Notes: a model not told the origin generated them from the sequence alone. A stretch of 14,122 bases of DNA from Oligoflexales bacterium (GCA_044236265.1 JBIIGV010000073.1:1-14122); one strand, 5' to 3'. Positions 1 through 7,901 are shown, counted from the first letter of the stretch. Made by a program: numbers and translations.

Positions 1-1776
1 TCGTCAGATCTAAAGACTGTCACAGCCGCTCCATCTGCCATTTTCACTGTCCATGTGTACTCAGGACGCTTCCCACTGAATGATGTGCGTGTGTCGTTTA
101 CCAATCAAAACGGATTGAGCGCCAAATGTGTCAGTAATGACCGCGGTCGCTGCGTACTTGAGGTTCAGGCCTCTCTTCCGGGAGAAGGGACGTTAACGGC
201 GCAAAAAACCGGATATCAGACGACCTCCACGACGTTAGCCGTAAAAGAAAATGACAACCATCGTTTAAACATGACACAGGGAAGTAGTCTTGATGCAAGA
301 ATCTCCCTGGCAAGTCCCTTTGAAACAAAGCCAGCAGCCGGATTTTACGTCAAGATTAGAAATCAAAATCGCAACGCCGTCACGTCAGACAGCGCGGGAT
401 TTGTGTCTATACCGGTAGACTCGAAGTTTCCTTTTGAAGTTGACATCACTCACGCGTCAACCGGTACAAGTGTGCGCCGCAAAGTCCAAGACGCAAAGGA
501 TCTCGACTTAAACGTCACGGTGTCCGATGGGTCGACCGAGGGTTGGACAAAGTTATTCCGCTACCCCATTCACCTAAGTCATGACGTGTCTAAAGAAAGT
601 GGTCTGCTTGACTTTGAACTCCTTGATAGCGCGCTTCAAAACAAGTTTAAAAATGAGATTTTGACGGAAAGCGTTCGAAGTCACGCAAACCTTTCCAGTA
701 ACGCTCTGGCCTTACTTCCAAATGTCAGAAAGGGCAATCAGGCTCTGGAACTTGGAATCATTGCCATAACCAGCAAGGGAAAGATTGCTGAATCAATTTA
801 CACAACACTGCCATTGTCTTCTGTTACAGAAGATCAGTGGCTTCGAGCCTACGACTCCGCTCTACGAAATCTCTACGCGAAGCTCCCGTGGCCAGGAACT
901 GTGGCTGCAGTAAAAAACAGAGAGCTAGATATTGCCATAAAAGGGGAGTTTATCGACAAATCTGACCGTATTTCGGTTGAAACACCCCACGGACCGATGT
1001 CAGCCAGTATCAAAAAAATCAGCCCAAAAGGCGCGCGCATTTCACTTGATGCTGCAAGCCACCTTACGGCTGAAGATCTATCCAAACTTATTGGCAATAA
1101 AGTTCAAAAAATTGTTCATGGAGCCTCTTCAATAGAAGACAATCTGACTAACGAATTAGGCACTCTAGTATCCATAAAGTCAGAGCACAAAGGTCGACGT
1201 CTTGCCAGAAAATATCTAGCTGAAAGTAATCCCGATGAAGCCATCAAAATTTTGACTGCCTCCCTTGATGAAAGCACGTCATCTCTTTCTGATCTTGAAT
1301 TTATCATCACGATTGAAAATCAGAGGGGGAAGTCGGATGGCATACTTCAGGCCCTGCAGAAAATGGCTGCGTTGGCTACCAAGTTGGGTAAAACCGATTT
1401 ACTTCCTTTAATAGAAACCAATATTCAGCTTGTACAAGTAGAAAATCTACCAGCCATTCAAGGCGACAGAAATATTGCAAATCGCTTTGCAGAAATCGAG
1501 CAGAATGCAAATGGATTGAAATCCAGACTGCCGAATACATTCACAAGCTCCCAGCAAGCAATTGCACTGTCCTATATTATTCTGACTGCTCAGCAAAAGG
1601 CGGCGGAATCAAACGACGACCTATTGAAACTAGCAGCAATGAGTGACGCCTGGAGTGATTTTGAGAAAAATCTCGGCCCAACGGAAGATCTCCCGCAGCA
1701 GGCTTGGCGAACATATGCCGGAAGACAAAAAGATCGCACGTCGATGGGATCACAAGACGATAATAGATCTCTTTAA
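1..1776 (+). CDS. Large hypothetical protein, 5'-truncated by the window edge; N-terminal beta-sandwich (carboxypeptidase-regulatory/PEGA-like) segments and helical, possibly TPR-like C-terminus
   Basis: Frame +1 has no stop from base 1 to TAA at 1774-1776, so the GTG at 55 is probably internal. Motifs 'SNDRGRC', 'LTAQKTGY' and 'TSDSAGFV' resemble transthyretin-like/PEGA-type repeats. The C-terminal third looks helical. Confidence 0.75.
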   Translation, partial: SSDLKTVTAAPSAIFTVHVYSGRFPLNDVRVSFTNQNGLSAKCVSNDRGRCVLEVQASLPGEGTLTAQKTGYQTTSTTLAVKENDNHRLNMTQGSSLDARISLASPFETKPAAGFYVKIRNQNRNAVTSDSAGFVSIPVDSKFPFEVDITHASTGTSVRRKVQDAKDLDLNVTVSDGSTEGWTKLFRYPIHLSHDVSKESGLLDFELLDSALQNKFKNEILTESVRSHANLSSNALALLPNVRKGNQALELGIIAITSKGKIAESIYTTLPLSSVTEDQWLRAYDSALRNLYAKLPWPGTVAAVKNRELDIAIKGEFIDKSDRISVETPHGPMSASIKKISPKGARISLDAASHLTAEDLSKLIGNKVQKIVHGASSIEDNLTNELGTLVSIKSEHKGRRLARKYLAESNPDEAIKILTASLDESTSSLSDLEFIITIENQRGKSDGILQALQKMAALATKLGKTDLLPLIETNIQLVQVENLPAIQGDRNIANRFAEIEQNANGLKSRLPNTFTSSQQAIALSYIILTAQQKAAESNDDLLKLAAMSDAWSDFEKNLGPTEDLPQQAWRTYAGRQKDRTSMGSQDDNRSL

Positions 1777-1798
1777 GACATACAGTTGAGGACAATTC

Positions 1799-2722
1799 AT
1801 GGCCGACTCTAACTCCATAAAGAATGCCTCGGGCGCAGAGGATTCAAAATCTAAAGGCAAATCAGGCCAGGCGATTGAAGAGTTCTTGCAGGCCCCAAAG
1901 AAGAAGAGAAAAAGTTACGTCATTCTTGCCGCCGGTGACGGCGTTGACGAAGACACGGTCGCCGCGATTCAGAAATTCATGAAGACCCAATACTCGAAAA
2001 TCAGTCTCGTAATCGCAAAAAATCCAGAAGAGGTTTTGCGATATTCAACGAGAAATATCATTTTGACGATTATTCACGACGAATTTGTGCCAAGGGCTGA
2101 GACGCTGGCTATTGTACGCAAACTAAAAGAGACAAAAACAGATGGTCCCATGCCCACCCTGTTCCTGACGACCAACGCCCCAGCTCTTGTAGATGACTAC
2201 CAGCGTGAACTACTTCCTTGGCATGAAGTTGATGAATACGTGCAACACGAGGATGTGCCGCGCCATGATATCTTCAGAAAAATAAAGTCAGGGATTGAAA
2301 CGCAGTTCCGCCGACGAGCTAAGAGATTTAAGGTCGACATGCCAATGCATTTTCAGGTGCTAGATACAGGTGATGTCAAATATGAAGGTCGCCTGATTGA
2401 TTTCAGTTTACATGGAGCGCTGATCTCCACCACAAGTGGTGTTCACAATTTTTCGACCCGCGACCAAATCATGGTCCATCTGCCCCTTTCGAAGTATGTA
2501 AAAGGTGAGGCAGATATCCTCAGGATATCCGCGCGAGTTCGCCGGGTGCTCATCTCGGGTGATCAGGCTGGGTTAAGCTGGGAGTATCTTAGCGATGATA
2601 AGTTGGCCGTTATGACAAAACTCCTATTTGCAATTGTGGACTCCTCATTGGCGAAAACCGCAAACGCAACCCGCGCAAAGCTATCGAAAAATCAGCCCGT
2701 CGGAATGAGTGAACCAACCTAA
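1799..2722 (+). CDS. PilZ-domain (c-di-GMP receptor) protein with N-terminal degenerate receiver-like domain
   Basis: 307-aa ORF with GAGG RBS. Both PilZ motifs are present: RxxxR (RRAKR) and DxSxxG (DFSLHG). The N-terminus has a receiver-like beta/alpha pattern (YVILAAGD, ILTIIHD, PTLFLT, VDEYV). Confidence 0.85.
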   Translation: MADSNSIKNASGAEDSKSKGKSGQAIEEFLQAPKKKRKSYVILAAGDGVDEDTVAAIQKFMKTQYSKISLVIAKNPEEVLRYSTRNIILTIIHDEFVPRAETLAIVRKLKETKTDGPMPTLFLTTNAPALVDDYQRELLPWHEVDEYVQHEDVPRHDIFRKIKSGIETQFRRRAKRFKVDMPMHFQVLDTGDVKYEGRLIDFSLHGALISTTSGVHNFSTRDQIMVHLPLSKYVKGEADILRISARVRRVLISGDQAGLSWEYLSDDKLAVMTKLLFAIVDSSLAKTANATRAKLSKNQPVGMSEPT

Positions 2723-2909
2723 ATACTTGAAAATAATCAATGCAAGCTCAGGACACCTGGTTCAGTCATAGCGCCAGGCCTTAAAAGGGTCATATTTTAT
2801 CAATATTATTAATTAGTTATAAATTTTATTTCAGCATCTTCTGATCACCTCCGATAACTCCCTTAACAGGTGTCCGGGCGGTTTGCTATCGCAGCAAGGG
2901 GGATAAAAG

Positions 2910-4013
2910 ATGTCTAGGTCAAATAAAGTTAAATGTCTTCGCCGGTCGATGGTGGCGTTGCTGAGCACAGCCGCACTGCTGACCACTAGCTGCGACATGG
3001 GAGACCGAAGCGCACTTCGCGTTGCTGGTGGCCAGTTCGATCTCCACCAGAAGTACCCAGGCACCCTCTATGTTGAAATGACAGGGACAGACTTTGCTAA
3101 AAAGCAATCTTCTATCAGAAACGTCGGCACAATTGTGGACATTGGCCTTCCGAATTCATATGCGCTGATTCTCAGTCTTGCAGACGCCTTCTTTGAAAGC
3201 GGCGGCAAGGCAACTCTTCCAGTATATAAGACAATTAACCTTAAGGTTTTCTTAAGCAATGGATCAAACGCTATCGACTTCCCTGCGGTCGCCATGGTCC
3301 AAAATGGTACCTTTGAGGACACTCAAAAAAGAAGTTCTTCCATGCTTGCAGTAGGAATTAAAGCAGAACCTACTGGGTCAGCTCGCAATGCCGAAGTTGA
3401 GGGATACGCAAAGAAAATATTTCTTGAAAGTCCGCTCGTGACAGAAAAAGGCCTCAATCTGAGAGATGCCAACACGAGCTTTATCATGTTCTCCATCCCG
3501 AAAACTGCACATCCTGCTCTCGCAAACATGGCTGTTCCTCAACTCATGACGGCTGAGGAGCGCCCAGAGCCAGCAGCGATCAAAGGTGCGATCGTGGTTG
3601 GCTTTGGTGAAAATATTGTAGGTGGATCTCGAGGTAAAGAGTTTGCTCTTGGCCCATCACTTCCGTCAGTTATGAAACGAAACTTTGCGCCGATTGACGC
3701 ATTGAATAAATCATCTGCAGAATACACTCCACTGCGTCAACTGATTGGTTCATCCAAAGACGTTGCGCAGCAAATTTGGGAATTCACAGGATCGGGCCTG
3801 TGTGGATCTCCGGACGGCAAGAACTACGACACTGGAGCAGCTGTTTATATCGACGGAAAATTTGCTGGATTTGGAGTCCGCTCCACAGCAAAAAGCTCAG
3901 GCTTCAAAGGAACGCTCGACTGCGGTAAGACCGATGCCAGTGACATGGTCACAATGGTCGTAAGCCCTAGTCAGCAGCAAATTGATGAATTCAAGGCCCG
4001 TGTTAAGAAGTAA
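2910..4013 (+). CDS. Lipoprotein with trypsin-like (S1) fold, probably catalytically inactive
   Basis: 367-aa ORF with a signal peptide ending in lipobox LTTSC. S1 landmarks occur in order: RVAGG, YP, GTIV, VVGFG, LC...YDTGAAVYIDGKFAG. The His, Asp and Ser positions appear substituted. Confidence 0.7.
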   Translation: MSRSNKVKCLRRSMVALLSTAALLTTSCDMGDRSALRVAGGQFDLHQKYPGTLYVEMTGTDFAKKQSSIRNVGTIVDIGLPNSYALILSLADAFFESGGKATLPVYKTINLKVFLSNGSNAIDFPAVAMVQNGTFEDTQKRSSSMLAVGIKAEPTGSARNAEVEGYAKKIFLESPLVTEKGLNLRDANTSFIMFSIPKTAHPALANMAVPQLMTAEERPEPAAIKGAIVVGFGENIVGGSRGKEFALGPSLPSVMKRNFAPIDALNKSSAEYTPLRQLIGSSKDVAQQIWEFTGSGLCGSPDGKNYDTGAAVYIDGKFAGFGVRSTAKSSGFKGTLDCGKTDASDMVTMVVSPSQQQIDEFKARVKK

Positions 4014-4036
4014 TCCACGAAGGAGAGGTTGGTCTC

Positions 4037-4288
4037 ATGAAACTGATTAAACAGCACAAAGTTGTTTTAGTGATCCTGATGGCATCTGCCCTTAGCAGTG
4101 GTTGCGCTTTACTCGGACCTCTCATGGGTATGTTAGGCGGTGGCGGCCTCGCACTTGATGAAGGCGAAGAGGCCATGTATATGGCTGCCCCTGACAGCGT
4201 TGCTCAAAAGCTTGGTTACCGCTGGGCAACTAGTGGCGAAACAGAAAAAGATGGTGGCTTTTTGTACGGAGCTTACAAGGCAAAGTAA
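4037..4288 (+). CDS. Small glycine-rich lipoprotein (83 aa)
   Basis: AAGGAGAGG RBS upstream. Basic N-terminus, hydrophobic stretch and lipobox LSSGC. Clearly similar to the next ORF. Confidence 0.75.
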   Translation: MKLIKQHKVVLVILMASALSSGCALLGPLMGMLGGGGLALDEGEEAMYMAAPDSVAQKLGYRWATSGETEKDGGFLYGAYKAK

Positions 4289-4319
4289 CGGTAAGGCTTT
4301 TATCTTGGAGATAAAAACT

Positions 4320-4613
4320 GTGAAAACAAACCTTTCAACCATCGTATTTCATGCAGTGCTCTTGGCGTCAGCCTTGATGTCAGGTTGTGGCATGCTTGGT
4401 GGCGGCGGAGGCTTAAGCGCTCTTGGAGACCTCAGTAAACTGATCCCTGGCGGCGCTGGACTAGCACTCTCAGAAAGCGAAAACGAGCTTTTCATGACCA
4501 ATCGTGAGATAAATCGCGTGACGCCTGACTATGAGCCTCGACCAAGTAACAGCGCCTTATCCGCACCAGACTCTGGTGGACTCTACGGCATCAGCTCATT
4601 GAGAGCTAGATAA
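4320..4613 (+). CDS. Small glycine-rich lipoprotein (97 aa), paralog of 4037-4288
   Basis: Start reassigned from 4140 to the in-frame GTG at 4320, which has GGAG at 4307-4310 and removes the overlap with the previous gene. Signal MKTNLSTIVFHAVLLASALMSGC ends in a lipobox. Confidence 0.75.
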   Translation: MKTNLSTIVFHAVLLASALMSGCGMLGGGGGLSALGDLSKLIPGGAGLALSESENELFMTNREINRVTPDYEPRPSNSALSAPDSGGLYGISSLRAR

Positions 4614-4649
4614 ACGGCTTCCTTGGTAAATGTTTGAATAGATGTTCTC

Positions 4650-4690
4650 AGCCCCGAGCCCCTTGTGAGCTCGGGGTTTCTGTATTATAT
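4650..4690 (+). terminator. GC-rich stem-loop, probable intrinsic terminator of the lipoprotein operon
   Basis: AGCCCCGAGC (4650-4659) pairs with GCTCGGGGTT (4669-4678) and is followed by a T-rich tract. Confidence 0.55.
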
Positions 4691-4691
4691 T
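4663..4691 (+). promoter_or_regulatory. Candidate sigma70-type promoter for ssrA
   Basis: TTGTGA (4663-4668), 17 bp, TATATT (4686-4691), ending 18 bp before the mature tmRNA 5' end. It overlaps the upstream hairpin. Confidence 0.35.
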
Positions 4692-4709
4692 GGAGCGTTT
4701 TCCCTCGAG

Positions 4710-5064
4710 GGGGCCGTCATGGTTTCGACATGCACGGTCGTCGAGTCAAAGCGCATGTCCGGGGTGGGGACGTCACCCGGTTATTAAAGGCGTACCAACG
4801 CTTATTCGGCAACGAATACGCACTCGCAGCTTAATTAAGCTGCCGTCGAACTAAAAGCGGCTACGGCTTTTGGGGATGGCGCAATCGATGTAGCTTGGTG
4901 TCGGGCTCTTCCGTCTGGAGAGTCAGGCATGACGACAATCAGGCTGCGGTCGGATGAGCCTGTCTATGGGCGCGTAAGGCAAGAGGACAAATCATAAGAC
5001 TAAACATGTAGTGCTTTTTCCGACGCGTGTATGGACGCGGGTTCGATTCCCGCCGGCTCCACCA
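4710..5064 (+). ncRNA. ssrA: tmRNA (transfer-messenger RNA), tag peptide (A)GNEYALAA
   Basis: 5' GGGGCCG pairs with 3' CGGCTCC-ACCA, giving an alanyl acceptor stem with the G3:U wobble. GGTTTCGAC 5' motif and T-arm GCGGGTTCGATTCCCGC are present. The tag frame GGC AAC GAA TAC GCA CTC GCA GCT TAA lies at 4808-4834. Length is 355 nt. Confidence 0.98.
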
Positions 5065-5077
5065 GTTTTATCAAACG

Positions 5078-5114
5078 AACCGCCGTCCGGATGATGGATG
5101 GTGGTTGTTTTTTT
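5078..5114 (+). terminator. Intrinsic terminator of ssrA
   Basis: AACCGCCGTCC pairs with GGATGGTGGTT (with G:U pairs) and is followed by GTTTTTTT. Confidence 0.8.
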
Positions 5115-5224
5115 CGAATGAATCAGGAAGTTTAGCAGCTTCAAACTTCCTAATTCTGCGGTTTGCTTGTTGGTTGGACGGGACGCGTTTCGGAGAGAAT
5201 CAAACCCGGATATTTCAAGCCGAC

Positions 5225-5527
5225 TCACCAGCCAAAACACCGAAACTCAGCGCGAGCAATAAAGCAGACTTCATTCCCATATGAACAATCCTCGTATTCA
5301 AATGGACCCACGCGCTCGGTATCGTGAACAGGGGCGCAGATAGCCTCCGCCTTCAAAATCGCTTCTTGTTCAGCCATCTCGAAGGATCTGGCAAAACAAT
5401 CCCAAGAAGCTTTACAAGAGTAACGCCCTTCACTTGTGAATCCTTCGGGCGTGGCGTTTGCGGTCGCCCCTAACAGTACTAGTCCCGCCAGTGCCAACGC
5501 AGTTAGCTTCCATTTTCTCGATTTCAT
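5225..5527 (-). CDS. Small secreted cysteine-rich hypothetical protein (100 aa)
   Basis: AAGGAG RBS, Sec signal peptide (MKSRKWKLTALALAGLVLLGATANA) and six Cys in the mature part. Divergent from the LysR gene. Confidence 0.75.
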   Translation of the reverse strand: MKSRKWKLTALALAGLVLLGATANATPEGFTSEGRYSCKASWDCFARSFEMAEQEAILKAEAICAPVHDTERVGPFEYEDCSYGNEVCFIARAEFRCFGW

Positions 5528-5611
5528 TTTTGTACTCCTTGTTCCTTAATTTTCAGCTGCAGCCATACAAAAGCTTTGGCAGCCGCGAAGTAACATTTAG
5601 ACAATTTAATT

Positions 5612-5628
5612 ATTGAACAAAATTCAAT
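5612..5628. promoter_or_regulatory. Candidate LysR binding site in the divergent promoter region
   Basis: Dyad ATTGAA-N5-TTCAAT containing T-N11-A, in the AT-rich spacer between the LysR gene and the divergent gene. Confidence 0.45.
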
Positions 5629-5650
5629 TTAAACTAATTATATATAACCT

Positions 5651-6517
5651 ATGGATATAAATAGAGTTCGTTATTTTTGTGTTGTGGCAAACTGTGGCTC
5701 CCTTATCAAAGCCTCGGAGATTTTACGAATTTCACAGCCTGCCCTATCGAAAGCGGTGCGCGTACTTGAAGAAGAAGTGGGTTTGCCGTTACTCGAAAGA
5801 GAAGGACGAGGACTTCGCCTCACCGAAGCGGGTAAGAAATTCCGAGCCAGCGCTGAGCCAATTTTGAACGAATGGCTAGCCATCCCCTCCCTGCTTAAGG
5901 GGCAGGCTCGAGAGACGATTCTTCGCATCGGATCATTTGAAGTTTTTACCACATATTTTGTTGGTCATCTCTTGAAACAAATCACCCTTCCGGAATTCGA
6001 GTTGCACGAGTTCACGCCTGGTCGCCTGGAAGACGCTATTTGTGATGGGCTTATTGATGTTGGTATTACCTATCATCCGATCTCGAGACGAAATGTTAAT
6101 TTCACAGAAGTCACAAAAATACGAATGGGTATTTTTGGAAATGAAGCTTTTCTAAAAATACCATTTAGCGAATTGCCCTTTGTCATACCCAATGATCTTG
6201 TTCAGGGGACTCCATCAAAAGTCATGGGTCTGGATGGTTGGCCGGATCACAAATTCCCCCGAAGGACCGCCTTCAAAGTGACCATGATGGAATCGGCTTT
6301 AGAGTTGTGTCGACGGGGCAAGGCAGTCGCTTATCTTCCCGAATTTGTCGTTGGTCTTCAAAACGAGGAAGTTAAGAATAAGTTTGAGTTAAAAGAGCTA
6401 GACTGCCCCATTCCCAAAAAAGACCGGCTACAAAGTGTTTTTATTGTTCAAGAAAGTTCTAAAGATGAGACCCCCTTCATAAGAGCCGTAGCGCGAGCCC
6501 TCCGCTCGCTAGCATAG
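5651..6517 (+). CDS. LysR-family transcriptional regulator
   Basis: 288 aa. N-terminal wHTH signature GSLIKASEILRISQPALSKAVRVLEEEVGLPLLEREGRGLRLTEAG, followed by a substrate-binding domain (LRIGS, IDVGI). Confidence 0.97.
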   Translation: MDINRVRYFCVVANCGSLIKASEILRISQPALSKAVRVLEEEVGLPLLEREGRGLRLTEAGKKFRASAEPILNEWLAIPSLLKGQARETILRIGSFEVFTTYFVGHLLKQITLPEFELHEFTPGRLEDAICDGLIDVGITYHPISRRNVNFTEVTKIRMGIFGNEAFLKIPFSELPFVIPNDLVQGTPSKVMGLDGWPDHKFPRRTAFKVTMMESALELCRRGKAVAYLPEFVVGLQNEEVKNKFELKELDCPIPKKDRLQSVFIVQESSKDETPFIRAVARALRSLA

Positions 6518-6543
6518 GGGCATGCGGCAGCTTCCCTAGTAGC

Positions 6544-6613
6544 TAATTGGTGCCTCCCGACTGATTAACCGATATATTTGGAAAATGAATAATCAGTCGG
6601 ATAGCACCAATTA
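6544..6613 (+). repeat. 70-bp palindromic repeat, full copy 1 (24-bp L arm, 22-bp spacer, 24-bp R arm)
   Basis: TAATTGGTGCCTCCCGACTGATTA accgatatatttggaaaatgaa TAATCAGTCGGATAGCACCAATTA. Near-identical copies at 7435-7504 and 9811-9880. Confidence 0.95.
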
Positions 6614-6639
6614 ATGGCACCAATTAATTACACAAATTA
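6601..6639 (+). repeat. 13-bp tandem stutter (x3, degenerate) of the R-arm terminus
   Basis: ATAGCACCAATTA / ATGGCACCAATTA / ATTACACAAATTA. Confidence 0.75.
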
Positions 6640-6654
6640 ATTACGGAGATTGAA

Positions 6655-7428
6655 TTGGCCAAAATTTTTGTTAGTTTTGTCTTAGGAACACTTCTACACG
6701 GCTGTATATTTTTGTCTAAATCAGATTTGAAGCAAACCGCAGCTTCTGCTTGCAATTACGGTCAATCTAATACATGTCCACAAGGTGAGTTCTGTATTAA
6801 TGTCGATAAGGGCAAAACAGAATGTCGTAGCAATCTCAAAGAGGAACTGTTTGAGCTAGGATTTCCTTTTGAATCTATAAATCCAGTTGTGTGCGATCAA
6901 GGACCTTTATCTCCTCCCGGTAATAGCCATACTTGGCTAAATACCGCATTTGCTCTTGATCTCCAATCCGAAAGATCATCGTCTGAAGTACCAATTCTTT
7001 CAAGTGCAGAGGGACGAGTCATCGCGTTTAATGATTGCAATAACGAAAATGATCAGTGTGGACTTGGTTTTGGCAACGCGGTGAAAATTTTGACCGACAG
7101 TGGTCATCTTTTATTTTACGCGCATCTCAAGCGTACCCTCGTTAAAACTGGTGATCTAGTTAGAGTCGGTCAAAAAATTGGTATTGAGGGAACAACTGGA
7201 TGGACTGGTGAAGGAAACCGCCATTTGCATTTAAGTGTCCACTACGACTGGCGAACAGCGGGTTTTGAATACTGGAAGCAGGCGGGATATCTCCCGGCAT
7301 CGGTGCCGTTCAAAATGTTGATGTGCACTAATGGCTGTACAGCCGAGTGTAAAATGGCGGCAGTCGATGTTAGAACAATTGAATGTAAGCGGAATTCAAA
7401 AAGTGCTCCCGTTTTATGTACAAAGTAA
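6655..7428 (+). CDS. M23-family metallopeptidase, Cys-rich lipoprotein
   Basis: TTG start with GGAG RBS and lipobox LLHGC. M23 motifs: SH...ALD, GFGNAVKI, YAHL, VKTGDLVRVGQKIGIEGTTG, HLH. 13 Cys. Confidence 0.9.
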   Translation: MAKIFVSFVLGTLLHGCIFLSKSDLKQTAASACNYGQSNTCPQGEFCINVDKGKTECRSNLKEELFELGFPFESINPVVCDQGPLSPPGNSHTWLNTAFALDLQSERSSSEVPILSSAEGRVIAFNDCNNENDQCGLGFGNAVKILTDSGHLLFYAHLKRTLVKTGDLVRVGQKIGIEGTTGWTGEGNRHLHLSVHYDWRTAGFEYWKQAGYLPASVPFKMLMCTNGCTAECKMAAVDVRTIECKRNSKSAPVLCTK

Positions 7429-7434
7429 GCTGAT

Positions 7435-7504
7435 TAATTGGCGCCACCCGACTGATTAAGAAATAGATTTGGAAAATGAATGATCAGTCGGATGGCACAA
7501 ATTA
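7435..7504 (+). repeat. 70-bp palindromic repeat, full copy 2
   Basis: TAATTGGCGCCACCCGACTGATTA agaaatagatttggaaaatgaa TGATCAGTCGGATGGCACAAATTA. Begins 6 bp after the M23 stop codon. Confidence 0.95.
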
Positions 7505-7604
7505 AGGCTGATAAAATAGGCACTACTTAGATGAAGAATTGGATATGGAAGAAAATGGCTCCGCCCTAATAATTCATATCCATCTAGATACTTCGAGAAG
7601 CACA

Positions 7605-7901
7605 ATGACAAAGAAAACAACCAAAATCTTGCCTGGACCTGTCCATAGTTTACCAGCTGATCTGCTGAAGGCAATTAATGCAACGCCTGCGATCAAGAAG
7701 GTGTGGGGTGAACTGACACCCCTTGCGCAGAATGAGTGGATCTGCTGGGTCATATCGGCAAAAAAAGTAGAAACGCGGATTAAGCGAATTGAACGGGCGC
7801 AAGATGATTTGAAGGCTGGCAAAAAGCGACCCTGTTGCTGGCCCGGTTGCCCACACCGCAGGCCAAAATCTGCTAAGTGGTTTAACGACAAAACGGCGTG
7901 A
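7605..7901 (+). CDS. YdeI/OmpD-associated family protein
   Basis: Pattern LPADLLKAI...WGELTPLAQNEWICWVISAKKVETRIKRIERA...LKAGKKRPCCWPGCPH is typical of the family. The ATG at 7605 (GAGAAG upstream) is preferred to the TTG at 7539. Confidence 0.88.
   Translation: MTKKTTKILPGPVHSLPADLLKAINATPAIKKVWGELTPLAQNEWICWVISAKKVETRIKRIERAQDDLKAGKKRPCCWPGCPHRRPKSAKWFNDKTA

Noticed and set aside
2790..2832. Very AT-rich tract upstream of the pseudoprotease operon
   Set aside because: Probably promoter/UP-element DNA, but I could not assign a specific motif or structured RNA.
4140..4319. N-terminal extension of the 157-aa ORF
   Set aside because: It overlaps the 83-aa lipoprotein gene in another frame. 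The GTG at 4320 has an RBS and gives a proper signal peptide.
4634..5284. ORFs 4634-4834, 4992-5240 and 5027-5284
   Set aside because: They overlap the tmRNA and its terminator. Only the tag frame 4808-4834 is meaningful.
6585..6614. Nine-codon mini-ORF (MNNQSDSTN) in the spacer and R arm, similar in copies 2 and 3
   Set aside because: No properly spaced RBS, and its conservation follows trivially from conservation of the repeat.
6544..7504. Repeats as simple intrinsic terminators
   Set aside because: The 22-nt loop is conserved, there is no poly-T tail, and lone arms occur at gene starts. A terminator role would not explain the sequence identity between copies.
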